From: Antedon mediterranea
Lineage: Eukaryota > Animalia > Echinodermata
Assembly: GCF_964355755.1 (NCBI RefSeq)
Contig: NC_092677.1
Span: 18,684,101-18,748,100 of the forward strand
DNA: 64,000 nt
Reading direction: 5' to 3'
Position 1 is the first letter of the stretch, and each line of letters opens with the position of its first letter. Below the pieces are notes generated by a model, which saw nothing but the letters and a program-made list of their open reading frames with translations, was not told the DNA's origin and did not search any database. The position numbers and the translations under genes are program-made. Shown one piece after another: positions 1-11,678 of this stretch.

Positions 1-10
1 TAACATACCA

Positions 11-661
11 TTGTTAACTATTGTCACAAGAGGTGCCGGGAAGCTATACAACGTTGCCAGCCGCCGCCGACGCCTTTACCCGGTTACCACTACCATAATG
101 GAGAAGCTTCTCGCTCAACTCAAGCTTATTAAGAGCAATGAATACGAAAGGAAATTTTATAAAGCTTTGTTCCTCACCTGTTACTACGCTTATGCGAGAG
201 CAAGTGAAATGGTACGGACCAATAATCCGGAACACGTCCTAAAACTGCGTGACATTACCATATCACACACTAATGTTACCTTCCAATTTAAATCCTTAAA
301 ACACCACAAGGGCGAATCCCAACATTTCAGCATTAGCAAAAAAGGAAACAGCATATTATGCCCGGTACAGGTGTTACAGGATTACAATTCGATCAGGCCT
401 ACGACTCGGGGGCAATTTTTCATATTTCAAACCGGAGCTCCACTACTTAGGAAGCATTTAAGTCATACGTTAAAAGAAGCCGCGTTACACGCCAACTTAG
501 ACCACACCCGGTACAACACACACTCGTTCAGAATCAGAAGGGCCACGCAACTTAGAGACCTGGGCGCAGGTGAACAAGAAATTCAAGCTACCGGAAGATG
601 GAAAAGCGACGCATATAAACGATATATCCGACCCCACTTGATAACTCTTAATAATGACTAA
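11..661 (+). CDS. Tyrosine recombinase (phage-integrase family) catalytic domain of a DIRS-type retrotransposon, 5' partial
   Basis: Motifs YARASE (catalytic R), KSLKHH, LCPV, HSFRIRRAT (HxxR) and GRWKSDAYKRYIR (W...Y) are typical of DIRS/Ngaro YRs. Confidence 0.9.
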   Translation: MLTIVTRGAGKLYNVASRRRRLYPVTTTIMEKLLAQLKLIKSNEYERKFYKALFLTCYYAYARASEMVRTNNPEHVLKLRDITISHTNVTFQFKSLKHHKGESQHFSISKKGNSILCPVQVLQDYNSIRPTTRGQFFIFQTGAPLLRKHLSHTLKEAALHANLDHTRYNTHSFRIRRATQLRDLGAGEQEIQATGRWKSDAYKRYIRPHLITLNND

Positions 662-1046
662 TAAAAATGTACATTTACATTATAACTCACTTACATCCAT
701 GCGTCTATTTACGTTTTTTTTTTCCTTCAGTATTGTTTATTGGCAATGTGTTAGTACAACTTTGCTCCCATGGCAGTGCACGGTAGTGGAGCCCTCGGAT
801 TAGCCTTGGGTGGAAGGTGCTGATGCTCAACATACTGCCATGAAGTATCTGCGTATACTTTCATGGGGAGCATTGTTGTATTAATGGTGATTTTTGTACC
901 TATCAGTCTCTTTGGAGACATTTCCAGGGAGTTCTGGTAGTACGATTTTTTTTTTTTTATCTCAGTTTCATGTGGGTAAGTGAACATTCTTCCTTGTTTC
1001 CTGCACTTTGGTGGGCTGCTCTTGGCGGTGCCTTGGCACCTGTCGC

Positions 1047-1259
1047 GGGCTAATTTTCTCTGAGCATCCCTGTTGTGCTTACTTAGAATTGGAAAATTAT
1101 TGCTATATAACTTATATTTGCTTATGACTTTTATGTGCAGTTTTACATGGGCGAATGTTCATTTACTAATAAACTATTTAAGCCAGAACTTATGTTGTAT
1201 GCATCTTTATTTGGTATTCTATGAGTTTGTTAATTGCCGCTGTCTCCGAGTAGCAAAAA
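1047..1259 (+). repeat. Split direct repeat B1
   Basis: Near-identical to 1412-1624 (offset 365; one mismatch seen near the start, gggctaatt vs gggctcatt). Confidence 0.9.
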
Positions 1260-1411
1260 TCAAGAATTGGGTTGAGAACACAATTCTATTTTGGGAACGG
1301 AGAGGGCGGGTTTTTCGACCTCTTTGATCAAGCACCCTCTCTGTTAACACGATCACATTAAGTTGAAGACAATTTTCCCTCCCTCCCGCCCAATATTTAG
1401 ACACTTAATAA

Positions 1412-1624
1412 GGGCTCATTTTCTCTGAGCATCCCTGTTGTGCTTACTTAGAATTGGAAAATTATTGCTATATAACTTATATTTGCTTATGACTTTTATG
1501 TGCAGTTTTACATGGGCGAATGTTCATTTACTAATAAACTATTTAAGCCAGAACTTATGTTGTATGCATCTTTATTTGGTATTCTATGAGTTTGTTAATT
1601 GCCGCTGTCTCCGAGTAGCAAAAA
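1412..1624 (+). repeat. Split direct repeat B2 (element terminus)
   Basis: Copy of 1047-1259 ending in gtagcaaaaa. Confidence 0.9.
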
Positions 1625-1997
1625 CATATTTACTTTTTCCAAAATTTACTTCTACTAAATCCTACTAATCACAGAAAAAATCATGACAAATCTGATCTTA
1701 TGTGAAAGGGTTATTTCAAGTCAAAAAGGTCAACATTTTACCTTTAGTGTTATCTTAGAACTTACACTAAGGATAATTTGTTTTAATCAAAAAAAAAGTA
1801 TGGGTTTTTTTATGAATAAAATAAACTAGCATAGTGTGTTTGCAAGCTATAGCATAGTCTTAGAAAGCTATAACGTACCTCAATGCTGTTTTGATTTTAG
1901 ATGTAAACAGTTTAGAATGCTTTTCTTTTTAAGTTATGTTAATTGTTGATTTAGCCCAGTTTTTTTAAAAGATTACACTAAATATCATCATATTTAG

Positions 1998-2252
1998 ATT
2001 CAGAAGCCCCATATATTATCAATTGTCAATTGGATATGACTGTTACCACAACATCTGGTGAGGCATTTGCCATCAATGTCACATGGATGGAACCAACAGC
2101 TACTGATAACTCTGAAGAGACTCCTGTACCGGTAGCAGACTACACTTCTGGTGATAATATGTTCCCAATTGGTAGCACAACAGTTCGGTATAATGTGTCA
2201 GATTCAGCAGGAAGCTTTAACGAAGATTGCAATTTTGTTGTCACTGTTGAAG
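1998..2252 (+). CDS. HYR-domain exon
   Basis: tttag|ATTCAGAAGCCCCA..GTTGAAG|gtag; DSEAP..VTWMEPTATDNS..FPIGSTTVRYNVSDSAG..C.FVVTVE; 255 bp. Confidence 0.88.
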
Positions 2253-2534
2253 GTAGTTTGATTTTGTTGCTGTACTAATTTAGAACAAAAATGCAATTAA
2301 AAATACTAGTATGATGTCCGAACATAACATGCAAAATGTTCAGTAAAGTCAGTTGAAATATTTTAAATGTTCTCTTTTCATTTATTTTATTACATATTTA
2401 TTTTGTAATGTAATTAATATTATTATTATTTAGTGTATTATTATTTAGTCCTTTGTACTACCTAATATTCTGTTATTGTCTTATTTTCTTTTTAAAAGCA
2501 GCCTAACATACTTTAAAATGTGTTTTTATATTAG

Positions 2535-2807
2535 ATATTGAATGCCCAGTTATAAATGTAACTTCAAACAATTACAATCAAACAAGTTTTGGTTTATTAG
2601 TTATTAGCACGGATGAAGGAAATTCATTTGCCACGGTGACCTGGAACCCTCCTGTGACAAGTGACAATAGCAATGGCATGGTGAATGTAGTGTCATCACC
2701 ATATGAATCGGGTGACATGATACCAAGTGGTGTTCACACAATCACCTTTACAGCAACTGATCCTACTGGAAATAGTGACAGTTGTGATTTAAGTTTCCGG
2801 GTCCAAG
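2535..2807 (+). CDS. HYR-domain exon
   Basis: ttag|ATATTGAATGCCCA..GTCCAAG|gtat; VTWNPPVTSDNS..GVHTITFTATDPTGNSDSC. Confidence 0.85.
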
Positions 2808-3362
2808 GTATAAGTATTTTCAAGAATTTAGTAAATGTAATAACCTACCAACTTATGAACACATTATCAATGCAATAGAAACAGAAGATAATACCAGTAA
2901 ATGTTATGAAGAAAACATTTAGCATACAAAGAGGTTACACTGGTAACATGTGGTGATATCTGAGTATCTTATAAGAACAGATATAACCTCTATCAACACA
3001 TTCACACTTAGCTCTACTCTCTCTCTATAGCAGTAGTACCGAATTAAATGTTGAGCTTTATTTTGCTCATGATACTTTATTTGGGTAAGATAACCTGAGA
3101 ATGATAATTAAAATTAAAAACTGAAGGAAACAGAAAACTTTTCCTATTTTAAATTAACAGCTTAAAGAAGAATAAAGTTTTACAAACAGGATTCAATTGT
3201 GATTTAGTAATATGTTTTAACTTATGACTGTGTTTAATCCACTCCCTACGCCCAAATGATAATGATATAAGAATGTCATTGGTGAGGTACTTTCTGCTGA
3301 ATACAGTATACTAGTTTTTTTTTCATTTAAATAATATTAATTAATTTATATGTCAAGTATAG

Positions 3363-3551
3363 ATTCCGATGATACCACATCTTTAACCTTTACTGCAGCA
3401 ATTCAGAAAGTTCAACTAACCAACCCAGTGGCTATTGATTATGATGTCACCACCTCAGCGCTATACTGGTCTGACGTCACCACGTCTTCAATTGAATATT
3501 ATTCATTTGTCACAAAACAACACAAAGTTTTAGTTTGTTTTCAAACCGGAG
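3363..3551 (+). CDS. LDLR class B (YWTD) exon
   Basis: LTNPVAIDYDVTTSALYWSD motif; donor GGAG|gtaag. Acceptor position is uncertain by a few nt. Confidence 0.72.
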
Positions 3552-4424
3552 GTAAGAGCAAATTATTATTTTCTATCTTATGTCGTGGATTCTTTTTAAA
3601 AATAGGTTTTCTAGATAGATATGTTAACAAATATGTTGTGTTTAAAGGTTACCTGATGTTGGACATATTGACTATCGTTATGCGACCACATTTTTATTTT
3701 ATTTGCACTAATTTAACAAAGAAATTAAAAATTTGACTGATAGAGGGCGCTACAACATATGACGTAATCAAAGGTCCACAGAGCAATGTTTACATGCTGA
3801 AGGTTGCGATGATGACTGCAGATCAGCCACAATAAGTAAGGTTCTTATTTGAGCCTGAACGAACATTTCTATGTGATTAAGAGGATAAAAGTGGCATGAT
3901 AGAGTAGCCTTATTGATAATCAGTTTGATTTTGGATGATAAGACAGGAGATAATGATTGGTGTAAAGGGGTAAACTACATGCTGCAATGAAGTGGTGTGT
4001 TGGAAGTTGAACGTTTTACTGATAATTAATAATATTGGTAATAACAATCACACTATTTTAAATTAATTTACTATTTAATAAAACAGTAAATACAATTACT
4101 AACAATATCACATCCTCAACCTAAACACACAGTAGGCCTACTTCTTGTAGTAAGGTCTAGTGTTTATAAATCAACAAGTTGTACGTCAGTTTCTCATCTG
4201 GCGAACAGTCGTGACCAGTCGAGCGTAAAAAAAACAGAAATAACATAGCGTTTTCAGGACAAAATGTTAATTAAAAGATCGTTCTTAATCATTCGTATGA
4301 TAAACATATTACTGTCAAATGTTCTTGAAAGATTGGCCTACATCATTTTATGATTAAAAAAAGAAATAATTATGAATTTATTTAAAATTACAATATGGAC
4401 AGATTCATGGAAAGTACCATTTAA

Positions 4425-4900
4425 TACAAATAAAACCAAAGTGATGATTAGGCCTATTAAAAAAAACGGAACCGTTTAACCTAAATATAACTGCGGTACA
4501 GATGTAAATGGCCTACTCACCTTGGAGTAACTTTTACCTTAAAACTAACATAATACTTACATTTGAGTAAAACCTCACATGCTCTAAATTTATTAAATCA
4601 TGTTAAAGAAATTATATGAGACAAGTCTCTCTAAGTTGTATCTAGCACACTTAAATGGAAAATGCTGCTCCTGTCTGGGATAACATTTCCAAATATCTTA
4701 GCGACAATTTGGCCAAATTTCAAATAAGTGCAGCCAGTATATGTGTAGGAGCTTGGAAGCACACTATCATGCCCGGGCCATTGGAACTTGGTTGGTCCAC
4801 TCTAATCAATAATTTGAATCTACCTCGTTGCATGACTTTAAGAAAAGTTGATTACTATGTAACTGGAACAAAAAAAGTAAATCAAATACATACTACAATT
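4425..4900 (+). mobile_element. Highly decayed non-LTR (CR1/L2-like) RT C-terminal fragment
   Basis: Broken frames with KTKVMI, HLGVTF, LENAAPVWD and LELGWSTL, resembling the LINE RT/thumb motifs (LEYA..VW, LGW..L). Confidence 0.5.
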
Positions 4901-5465
4901 CATCTTTGATTTAGCTGCTTTTCCAATTTGTTTATATGTGGAACTGGTTCCGATTTTGTTAAATATTTACTTTATCAAGACTCTACTCTTACAAATATAT
5001 AGATATAACAACTTTTATGTAATATTTTTGGATCAAATAGCCCTTCAAATAAGCAAAATATAATCATTTCATTTAATTGTATTTAGAAATATTTAGTTGA
5101 TACCAACATATTTAATATTGTATTGTATTATTCTTATATATTTCCACCTTCTGTTACGATAAGCTCATATTTGTTATATGTTGCAGAGGCTCCTTGAAGC
5201 TAAGGCTTGCCTTGTTATGAGCCTCTAAGAAGAAATATTCAATTTAAACAAATATATTTTTAGGTCTCATAGCCCCATTTGTTGCTCTCCATAATAATAG
5301 GAATTTATGTAAGTTATGTGAATTAAGGTCACATAGATTATATGTTAAATGTGATATGTATTAGTGTTCCCAAATAATCTTAATCTTACAAATGTTTTGG
5401 TAAGTTGTAAATATATATAAATAAGTATGTCCTAATTTGTGATTACAATATTTTATTTAATTCAG

Positions 5466-5628
5466 GCGTGTATGGTTTAACTATTGATGGAATTGGGAAA
5501 AAACTTTATTTGACAAGTACTTCAGAAGACAGAATTGAAGTAATAAATTTGGATGGAACAAACAGAACTGTTCTTTTTGACATGACATTGGTTGAGCCAC
5601 GTGCAATTAAAATAGACACAGTAAACGC
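5466..5628 (+). CDS. LDLR class B (YWTD-like) exon
   Basis: ttcag|GCGTGTATGGT; GLTIDGIGKKLYLT..DRIEVINLDGTNRTVL..EPRAIKID; donor gc|gtatgt. Confidence 0.82.
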
Positions 5629-6012
5629 GTATGTAATGGAACTAATAATAACTGGTTTGTTACGCATCTTTTTAAACAAAAATGTCAATATGTTCTCAAC
5701 GAAACAACTTTGAACTATATTTGGCTCCGTATATAGATTAACTTATTTTGTATAACTTGCTGCAGATGCATCAACACGACTCATTTAATATTTGAAGAAT
5801 GTTAATAATGTAAACAATAACAAATGAATGGGTTTCCATTGTATACTCTGCTTCTATTTGATGTAAATAAGAAAAATCGTATGAATGTTATTAGAGATAA
5901 AACATTGGCATCTTTCATAATCAGCAATATACTGTATAGTACATTAGTATAGATCTTAAATCATAAAGGTCATAAGCTTTCGTAAACTGTACTTTGCTAA
6001 TTATAAAAAAAG

Positions 6013-6148
6013 ATACTTGTATTGGACTGATTGGGGACTTGGAAATGAGATGATAGAGCGTGCGCAGCTAAATGACGTGAATGCCACTAGAACCCCCTTG
6101 GTGACAACAGAACTTATATTTCCAAACGGACTTGTTTATCAGTTTCAG
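6013..6148 (+). CDS. LDLR class B (YWTD) exon
   Basis: YLYWTDWG..IERAQLND..R..LV..LIFPNGL. Weak acceptor (aaaaaaag); donor CAG|gtgcgt. Confidence 0.75.
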
Positions 6149-6269
6149 GTGCGTTTTGATGAATTATAATAGAAATAATTCTTTTATTGGGTCCACCAAT
6201 ATTTTAAAAAATATACAATTAACAAATGTAACCTCATTATATTTTAAAGATTGATATTTCTTTTATTCC

Positions 6270-6434
6270 TGTCCACCCTGGCAGCACTGACAAGTGGCAA
6301 TAGAACAATGACTGTAGTGTCATCACCCTTTGAGTCAGGTGACATGACACCAATCGGTACTCACGCAATCACCTTTACAGCAATTGCTTCTTTTGGCAAT
6401 AATGAAACTTGTGACTTTTATATCAAGGTTGAAA
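6270..6434 (+). pseudogene. 5'-truncated HYR exon remnant (paralog of 2535-2807)
   Basis: VVSSPFESGDMTPIGTHAITFTA..GNNETC matches the second half of exon 2535-2807. No clear acceptor or N-terminal half. Confidence 0.6.
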
Positions 6435-6768
6435 GTAAAATATAAAAAAGCTGTTTCAATGATTTGTTTAAAGAATTTAGAACAGCTGATTTTTGACGAA
6501 AAACATTATCACTTATCACAAATAAAAATGAAAAGTAGTTAATGATTATATTATAAATATGTGATATTATGACCATCCTGTTATTAATTTAATCAAAATT
6601 TAGTTACGTTTACACAACCACTTGTGTTTATACTGTGTTGTTAGTTTTGTAACAAACCTCAAGAACAATGATGTTTTTGTTAATTGAACAATTTCTAAAT
6701 GATATCGTTTATACAAGAAAAAAAGGCCAGTTGATTAGAAATTATGATATTGTACATATCATGTTTAG

Positions 6769-7023
6769 ATCAAGAAGCTCCAGATATTCTAAATTATCCA
6801 ATCGATTTGACTGTAAACACAACATTTGGTGAGGCATTTGCAATCAATATCATATAGGTTGAACCGACAGCTGTTGATAACTCTGGCGAGACTCCTGTAC
6901 CGGTAGCAGACTACACTTCTGGTGATAATAAGTTTCCAATTGGTTATACAACGGTGCAGTACAATGTCTCAGATTCAGTTGGTAACTTCAATGCAAACTG
7001 TAGTTTTGTTGTCACTATTGAAG
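6769..7023 (+). pseudogene. HYR exon with premature stop (paralog of 1998-2252)
   Basis: Same 255-bp length and splice sites as 1998-2252, but conserved Trp TGG is TAG at 6855-6857 and the first Cys is Tyr. Confidence 0.85.
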
Positions 7024-7789
7024 GTAGATCAATTTTGGTTGAATAATTGTAATAATAACTGTAAAAATACTAATAAAGACGCGCTGATTGCGTTAGGTTT
7101 TGCACGATGTATTCGTCTGCACCAAACAAAAACCAACAAAAAAGCACACACCACTGTTTTGCTAGGTCTGGGATAGGCTAGTCCGCATCTCCACTCTAAC
7201 CCACTTGTGTGTTATTTGTAAAAATGATTACAGTAGTAAAATTTGATTTGTCGTGTATATTTCGTTATTTTTCGCTATAGACAAGGTTTATTATGATTTT
7301 TTTTTTATTAGTTCGGAAATGCCACTTTTTATCCCCTGAACGGAAGAAAGATTTTAAAAAAGAAATCCTTCAAAAGCAATATACCACTGTAGTAGAAATC
7401 TTGGAGTTCCTTTTGTAAATGTTTGATTTATTTGCATCTAATTAAAAATATACTAAATGTATGAAACAAGATATATAAAATATGCAATTTCAAATTAAAA
7501 CACAAAAGATAAAAAAAAAATGCAAGATAGCACATTTGGGACTTATTTCCAATAGGGTCCTCAAGGCGTAGAACTTTTTGAAGAAATTTGAAAAAAAAAA
7601 TTCCATAAACAGACAAGGCAAAAAGTTAACAATACATGAAACATACCTAAAAATACTGGTAAATGAGTTTAGAAATACGATAAATTAATACCAAATTAAA
7701 TATTTGCCGATTTCTGATTCTCGTTCGTAAAAAATGGTGTATTATTAGATTTAAATAAATACATTTATCTTTTCTAATTTATCTCACAG

Positions 7790-8089
7790 ACAATGAACCT
7801 CCAATGGTGACATGTCCGTATGATCAGACAATTGAAGCAGACTATGAATATTCTACAGCCAATACTACTTGGTATCTTACAGCTTTTGACAATGATGTTA
7901 TTATAAGTGGATATGTAAATGATTCTCGCGTTGTTTCATATTTTGACCTTTCTCTAATTAACTTAATGGTTGTGTTTTTTAATTCTTCGGCCACATTTGA
8001 TTGGGGAAAAAATGTGATAACGTATGAATTTTTGGATAATAACACAAACGTAGGAATCTGTGAATTCACTATTACAGTTACAGGTACAG
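7790..8089 (+). CDS. HYR-domain exon
   Basis: cacag|ACAATGAACCTCCA; DNEPPMVTCP..W..TAFDND..G.NVITYEF.D...NVGICEFTITV. Two in-phase donors (8083, 8089). Confidence 0.8.
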
Positions 8090-8287
8090 GTATGAAATAA
8101 ATCTAGATTATTTTGACCAAATGCCTATAAAAAACAATCTATACAGTGTTTCTGTATTTTTGTATTGATTCGGTAACTTTTTTGTTTATTCGGACATTTA
8201 CTTTTTCTGGATTTCTTTATTTCCTGACAATTAAATCCAACGTAATAAAACCAAATGTTTTCTTATTCACGATCACGTTTCTATTAG

Positions 8288-8401
8288 TTGGTGGCTGTTT
8301 AGATAAATGTGATGGGTACGACTCTATCCAAGATTGCTATTGTGATAACGTCTGTGGACATTTTCGCGACTGTTGCTCAGACTATTTATTTCTGTGTTCA
8401 A
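8288..8401 (+). CDS. Somatomedin-B domain exon
   Basis: CLDKC..CYCDNVCGHFRDCCSDYLFLC, the 8-Cys SMB pattern; ttag|..A|gtaag. Confidence 0.88.
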
Positions 8402-8568
8402 GTAAGATTAGAATTCTTTTTATTTATATTGATTATGAGATTTTATCGTATTATCTACATCCATGCTAGCTATAAAAGAAAATCTCATGCAAACAGACCG
8501 AGTCGGTTGTTTCGAAAATCTTGCTTTGAATGTTATAATATCATATCATTTTAACATATTTTTATCAG

Positions 8569-8811
8569 ATAATAGTGGTCCAGTTTTTGAAAATTGTCCA
8601 AACGATACTACAGTAAACACTACTACTGGGCTAGCGACTGCTAATGTATCTTGGATAAAACCAACAGCAATGGATTACTCTGGCTATTTGAATATAACAT
8701 ACTACTTAGAACCAGGAAGTATCTTCCCAATAGGTATTACCACGATAACATACACTGTAGAAAATCCATTTGGAAACAACGCTACCTGTTCAATTAATGT
8801 CATTGTGGAAG
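8569..8811 (+). CDS. HYR-domain exon
   Basis: DNSGPVFENCPND..VSWIKPTAMDYSG..FPIGITTITYTVENPFGNNATC; canonical splice sites. Confidence 0.9.
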
Positions 8812-9085
8812 GTATGTCAAAGTGCCTACAATGTACAATTGTTTTTTAAAAGAATACCATATGGTTTTCATATTAAATGTGGTCCTCTTCTGTTTGTCAC
8901 ACAGGTATTTTATTTTTATGTATTTAATTAAATGTACTTGTTCTATTTATTTTACATTTTATAATATTTTGGAAAAAAATATATTCAATGTTGAATCTTC
9001 TCTAATGTTTATGTATATATTTTAGAAATTTAAAGTAACAATCTTTGTTTAAGTAGGCCTACATGTAACTTTCTTTTTTTATCAG

Positions 9086-9310
9086 ATAATGAAAATCCTA
9101 TTATAAAACATTGTCCAAATGATACCTTTACTACTGAATTACAAGCTGCTGAAAGAACCCACAGAAATACAGCAATGGACATCTCTGGGATATGGAATCT
9201 TACAGTTTATATGGAATCAAATTTCTCAATAGGTGATAACACGGTAACATACATTGCAGAAGACACATCTGGTAACACAGCTACCTGTTCATTTACTATC
9301 ACTGTAGGAG
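9086..9310 (+). CDS. HYR-domain exon (shortened)
   Basis: DNENPIIKHCPND..FSIGDNTVTYIAEDTSGNTATCSFTITV; atcag|..G|gtatg. Confidence 0.82.
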
Positions 9311-9892
9311 GTATGTTAAAAAAAACATAATATGATTTTTACCTACCTATAAGTGAAATATTAATATAAAGTATTTAACCAGAGAGGCGAATCATTATTA
9401 AAAAACGACCATATATCTTGAAAAATATATCTAGTAAAACTATACGTAATCAATCAATCAAGTAGACCCAAACATAAATGGATGGTGTAGTAAAGTAAGG
9501 TGAATTTTTAGAAGTTTAGAAGTTGAGAATGTTTTGACAGTTATCTTATTTTAGATGAATAAATGAAATGAAATATGAGACCTATTATAAATGTTATTTA
9601 TGATTGTTTCATTGTAAAAACTGATTAAAACTTAAATCTAAAATATTTCAAGCACTACTCAACCGCTAATGATACAACCTTGTTTTGATGCTAACCCTGA
9701 ATCTAGTTGAAATTTTTAATTGTGATGCTGTATAGTTATGTTCTTTTTGATATAATGTTTGCGCCATGGTCGAAGTATAGTATAGTACAGTTCTTTTCAG
9801 GGCTATATACATGGTTACCGCAAACTTTATCAACATATTGAATTTGCTATGGAAAATGTTAAGCAATTAAATAGTTTCTTTTTTTAATACAG

Positions 9893-10012
9893 ATGACAAC
9901 GAGTGCGATACAGATCCATGTACAGAAAATGAAGTTTGTAATAATACGATTGGTAGTTATACTTGTGAATGTTACACAGGGTTTATACGTGCTGGTAATA
10001 ATGATTGTATTG
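9893..10012 (+). CDS. Calcium-binding EGF exon
   Basis: DDNECDTDPCTENEVCNNTIGSYTCECYTGF..C; phase-1 symmetric, 120 bp. Confidence 0.9.
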
Positions 10013-10623
10013 GTAAGAACAATTTTAAATTACATACCATATTAAATATAGTTGGTTTACACTTTCCACGTCATAATAAATGCTAGATCATGCACATTCA
10101 GGTAAAATTGATCGGACCATCTTACTTCAGCTATCCCTACTTTAAATTAACCTTCTTAGAGCCGAATTTTAGGCGTAATTCGAGTAAAACACATTTTGGA
10201 GTTCCTATTTGTTGTCAATCAAAGTATAAATTAATACCCATCTTGTACTAAAAATCCGATTAAAATTATATTTCATGTATAGTTCTGATGCTTAAACAGT
10301 GTTGTTATATAAAAAAAAATGAAAGGTAAAATTACTTGCCCATAATTTCGTATGCTCCTCTGTTTCCTCTAATACTTACCTATCATTGGACAATATATAG
10401 CCTTTCTGCTAGACGTAGGAAACTCAAATAAAAGTGCAAATTCATTTAGTCGTACTGCAAACTTCAACTACATTTGAATAGAATTTGACTAGCCGTTTTC
10501 CAAGTCTATAGACTAAAGTTTGGATTAAGATTATGGGTTTTAGACTTGGATTGCAAGAATAGTTTTTTAATAAATTTCAAAACTAGAACATTTGTGCTGT
10601 ATATTAATTTGTTTTTATCTTAG

Positions 10624-10746
10624 ATGAAGATGAGTGTGCTAATAATATTCTATGTTCAGAAAATGAAGTTTGTAGTAATACGATTTGTAGCTATACTTGT
10701 GAATGTTACACAGGGTTTGTACGTGCTGGCAATAATGTTTGTTTTG
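10624..10746 (+). CDS. Calcium-binding EGF exon (tandem duplicate)
   Basis: DEDECANNILCSENEVCSNTICSYTCECYTGF..C; the flanking intron is also similar to that after 9893-10012. Confidence 0.87.
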
Positions 10747-11185
10747 GTAAAAAATATTTTTAATTACATACCATATTAAATATAATTTGTTTACATTTTC
10801 TATGTCATAATAAGTGATAGCTTATCCATCGTTATTTTTTTTTATAATACTGCAAATTATTTTTTGTTTACAACTGTATTAAATTACATTATTTTTCTTT
10901 TCCACGACATGAATTACGTTACGTCACAGGAAATTTAACACATTGGGGATTTTAAGTCAAGATTTTTTGGTCAGGCTAGAAATAACATTATTCATCGTAA
11001 TTGTCTTTGTCAGAGGCATAGACATTTAACACATACAAGTTAACGTACCACTATGGTTCCTGTACACATTTTGGAGTTCCCTAATTGTTTTCAATCAAAA
11101 AAGTTGTCGGTAAATTATTACCGATCTTGTACTAATAATTAATCAAAATTATATTTCATGTATAGTTCTGATGCTTAAACAGTGT

Positions 11186-11577
11186 TGTAGTGAATTTATT
11201 TTAGTTGGTTCCGAGCTTTCTCAGGCGTATATAACTCCACGCGACGTACACAGCTGTCACTCATACAAAAAGTATATTTAACTCAACTAGAACTTTTATT
11301 TTGTAACTCGATTAATACATCTTTCTACCACTACCAGTCAAGCCTTAATATTTTCTTTATCATCTTTCCGTTTATCTACTCTGTTCTTATTCTCTCTTCT
11401 CTTCTCATATCTATTACATTTTACTTTTATACTGGATATGCAAATTTTAGGCTTCAGAGGAGGATAACATTTTCCCTTCAAAAATTATACGATTTTGATT
11501 GGCTAATAATATAAGGCGGACCTGGTCTAAAGCATCCTTCTCTAAACACAGAGAATCACAACATAAATAATATGACA
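11186..11577 (-). repeat. 3' LTR (~392 bp)
   Basis: TG..CA ends. Preceded on - by PPT AAAAAGGGGGAA (11578-11589). Contains CCAAT (11498-11502), octamer ATGCAAAT (11438-11445), TATAAAAG (11424-11431) and AATAAA on -. Host-intron paralogy stops at 11185. Confidence 0.85.
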
Positions 11578-11678
11578 TTCCCCTTTTTGGGAAAAAGATT
11601 GTGTCAATCTTTCCAAAAATTTAACATATCAAACCATTTTACTATAAACTATCTATAAATAACACCTCTATAATATTA

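Larger units (their letters stand above)
1..1624 (+). mobile_element. 3' end of tyrosine-recombinase retrotransposon (DIRS order, Ngaro/PAT-like split direct repeats)
   Basis: YR ORF followed by a 213-bp direct repeat pair (1047-1259 and 1412-1624) separated by a ~152-bp unique segment. This is the B1-A2-B2 layout of Ngaro/PAT elements. The 5' part lies outside the window. Confidence 0.8.
1998..10746 (+). pseudogene. Multi-exon extracellular mosaic gene (HYR repeats, LDLR class B/YWTD, somatomedin B, Ca-binding EGF); probably decaying or truncated
   Basis: Series of AG..GT bounded, mostly phase-1 domain exons. There is an in-frame TAG at 6855-6857, only three YWTD repeats, and no further exons recognised after the LTR at 11186. 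Confidence 0.7.

Noticed and set aside
660-1624. Hammerhead ribozyme in the YR element 3' region
   Set aside because: No CTGANGA core found on either strand by eye. Other TCATCAG sites (~35508, 52783, 55366) lack a properly placed GAAA.
1073-1668. Duplicated small ORFs (84 and 76 aa)
   Set aside because: They are translations of the non-coding B1/B2 repeats starting at TTG.
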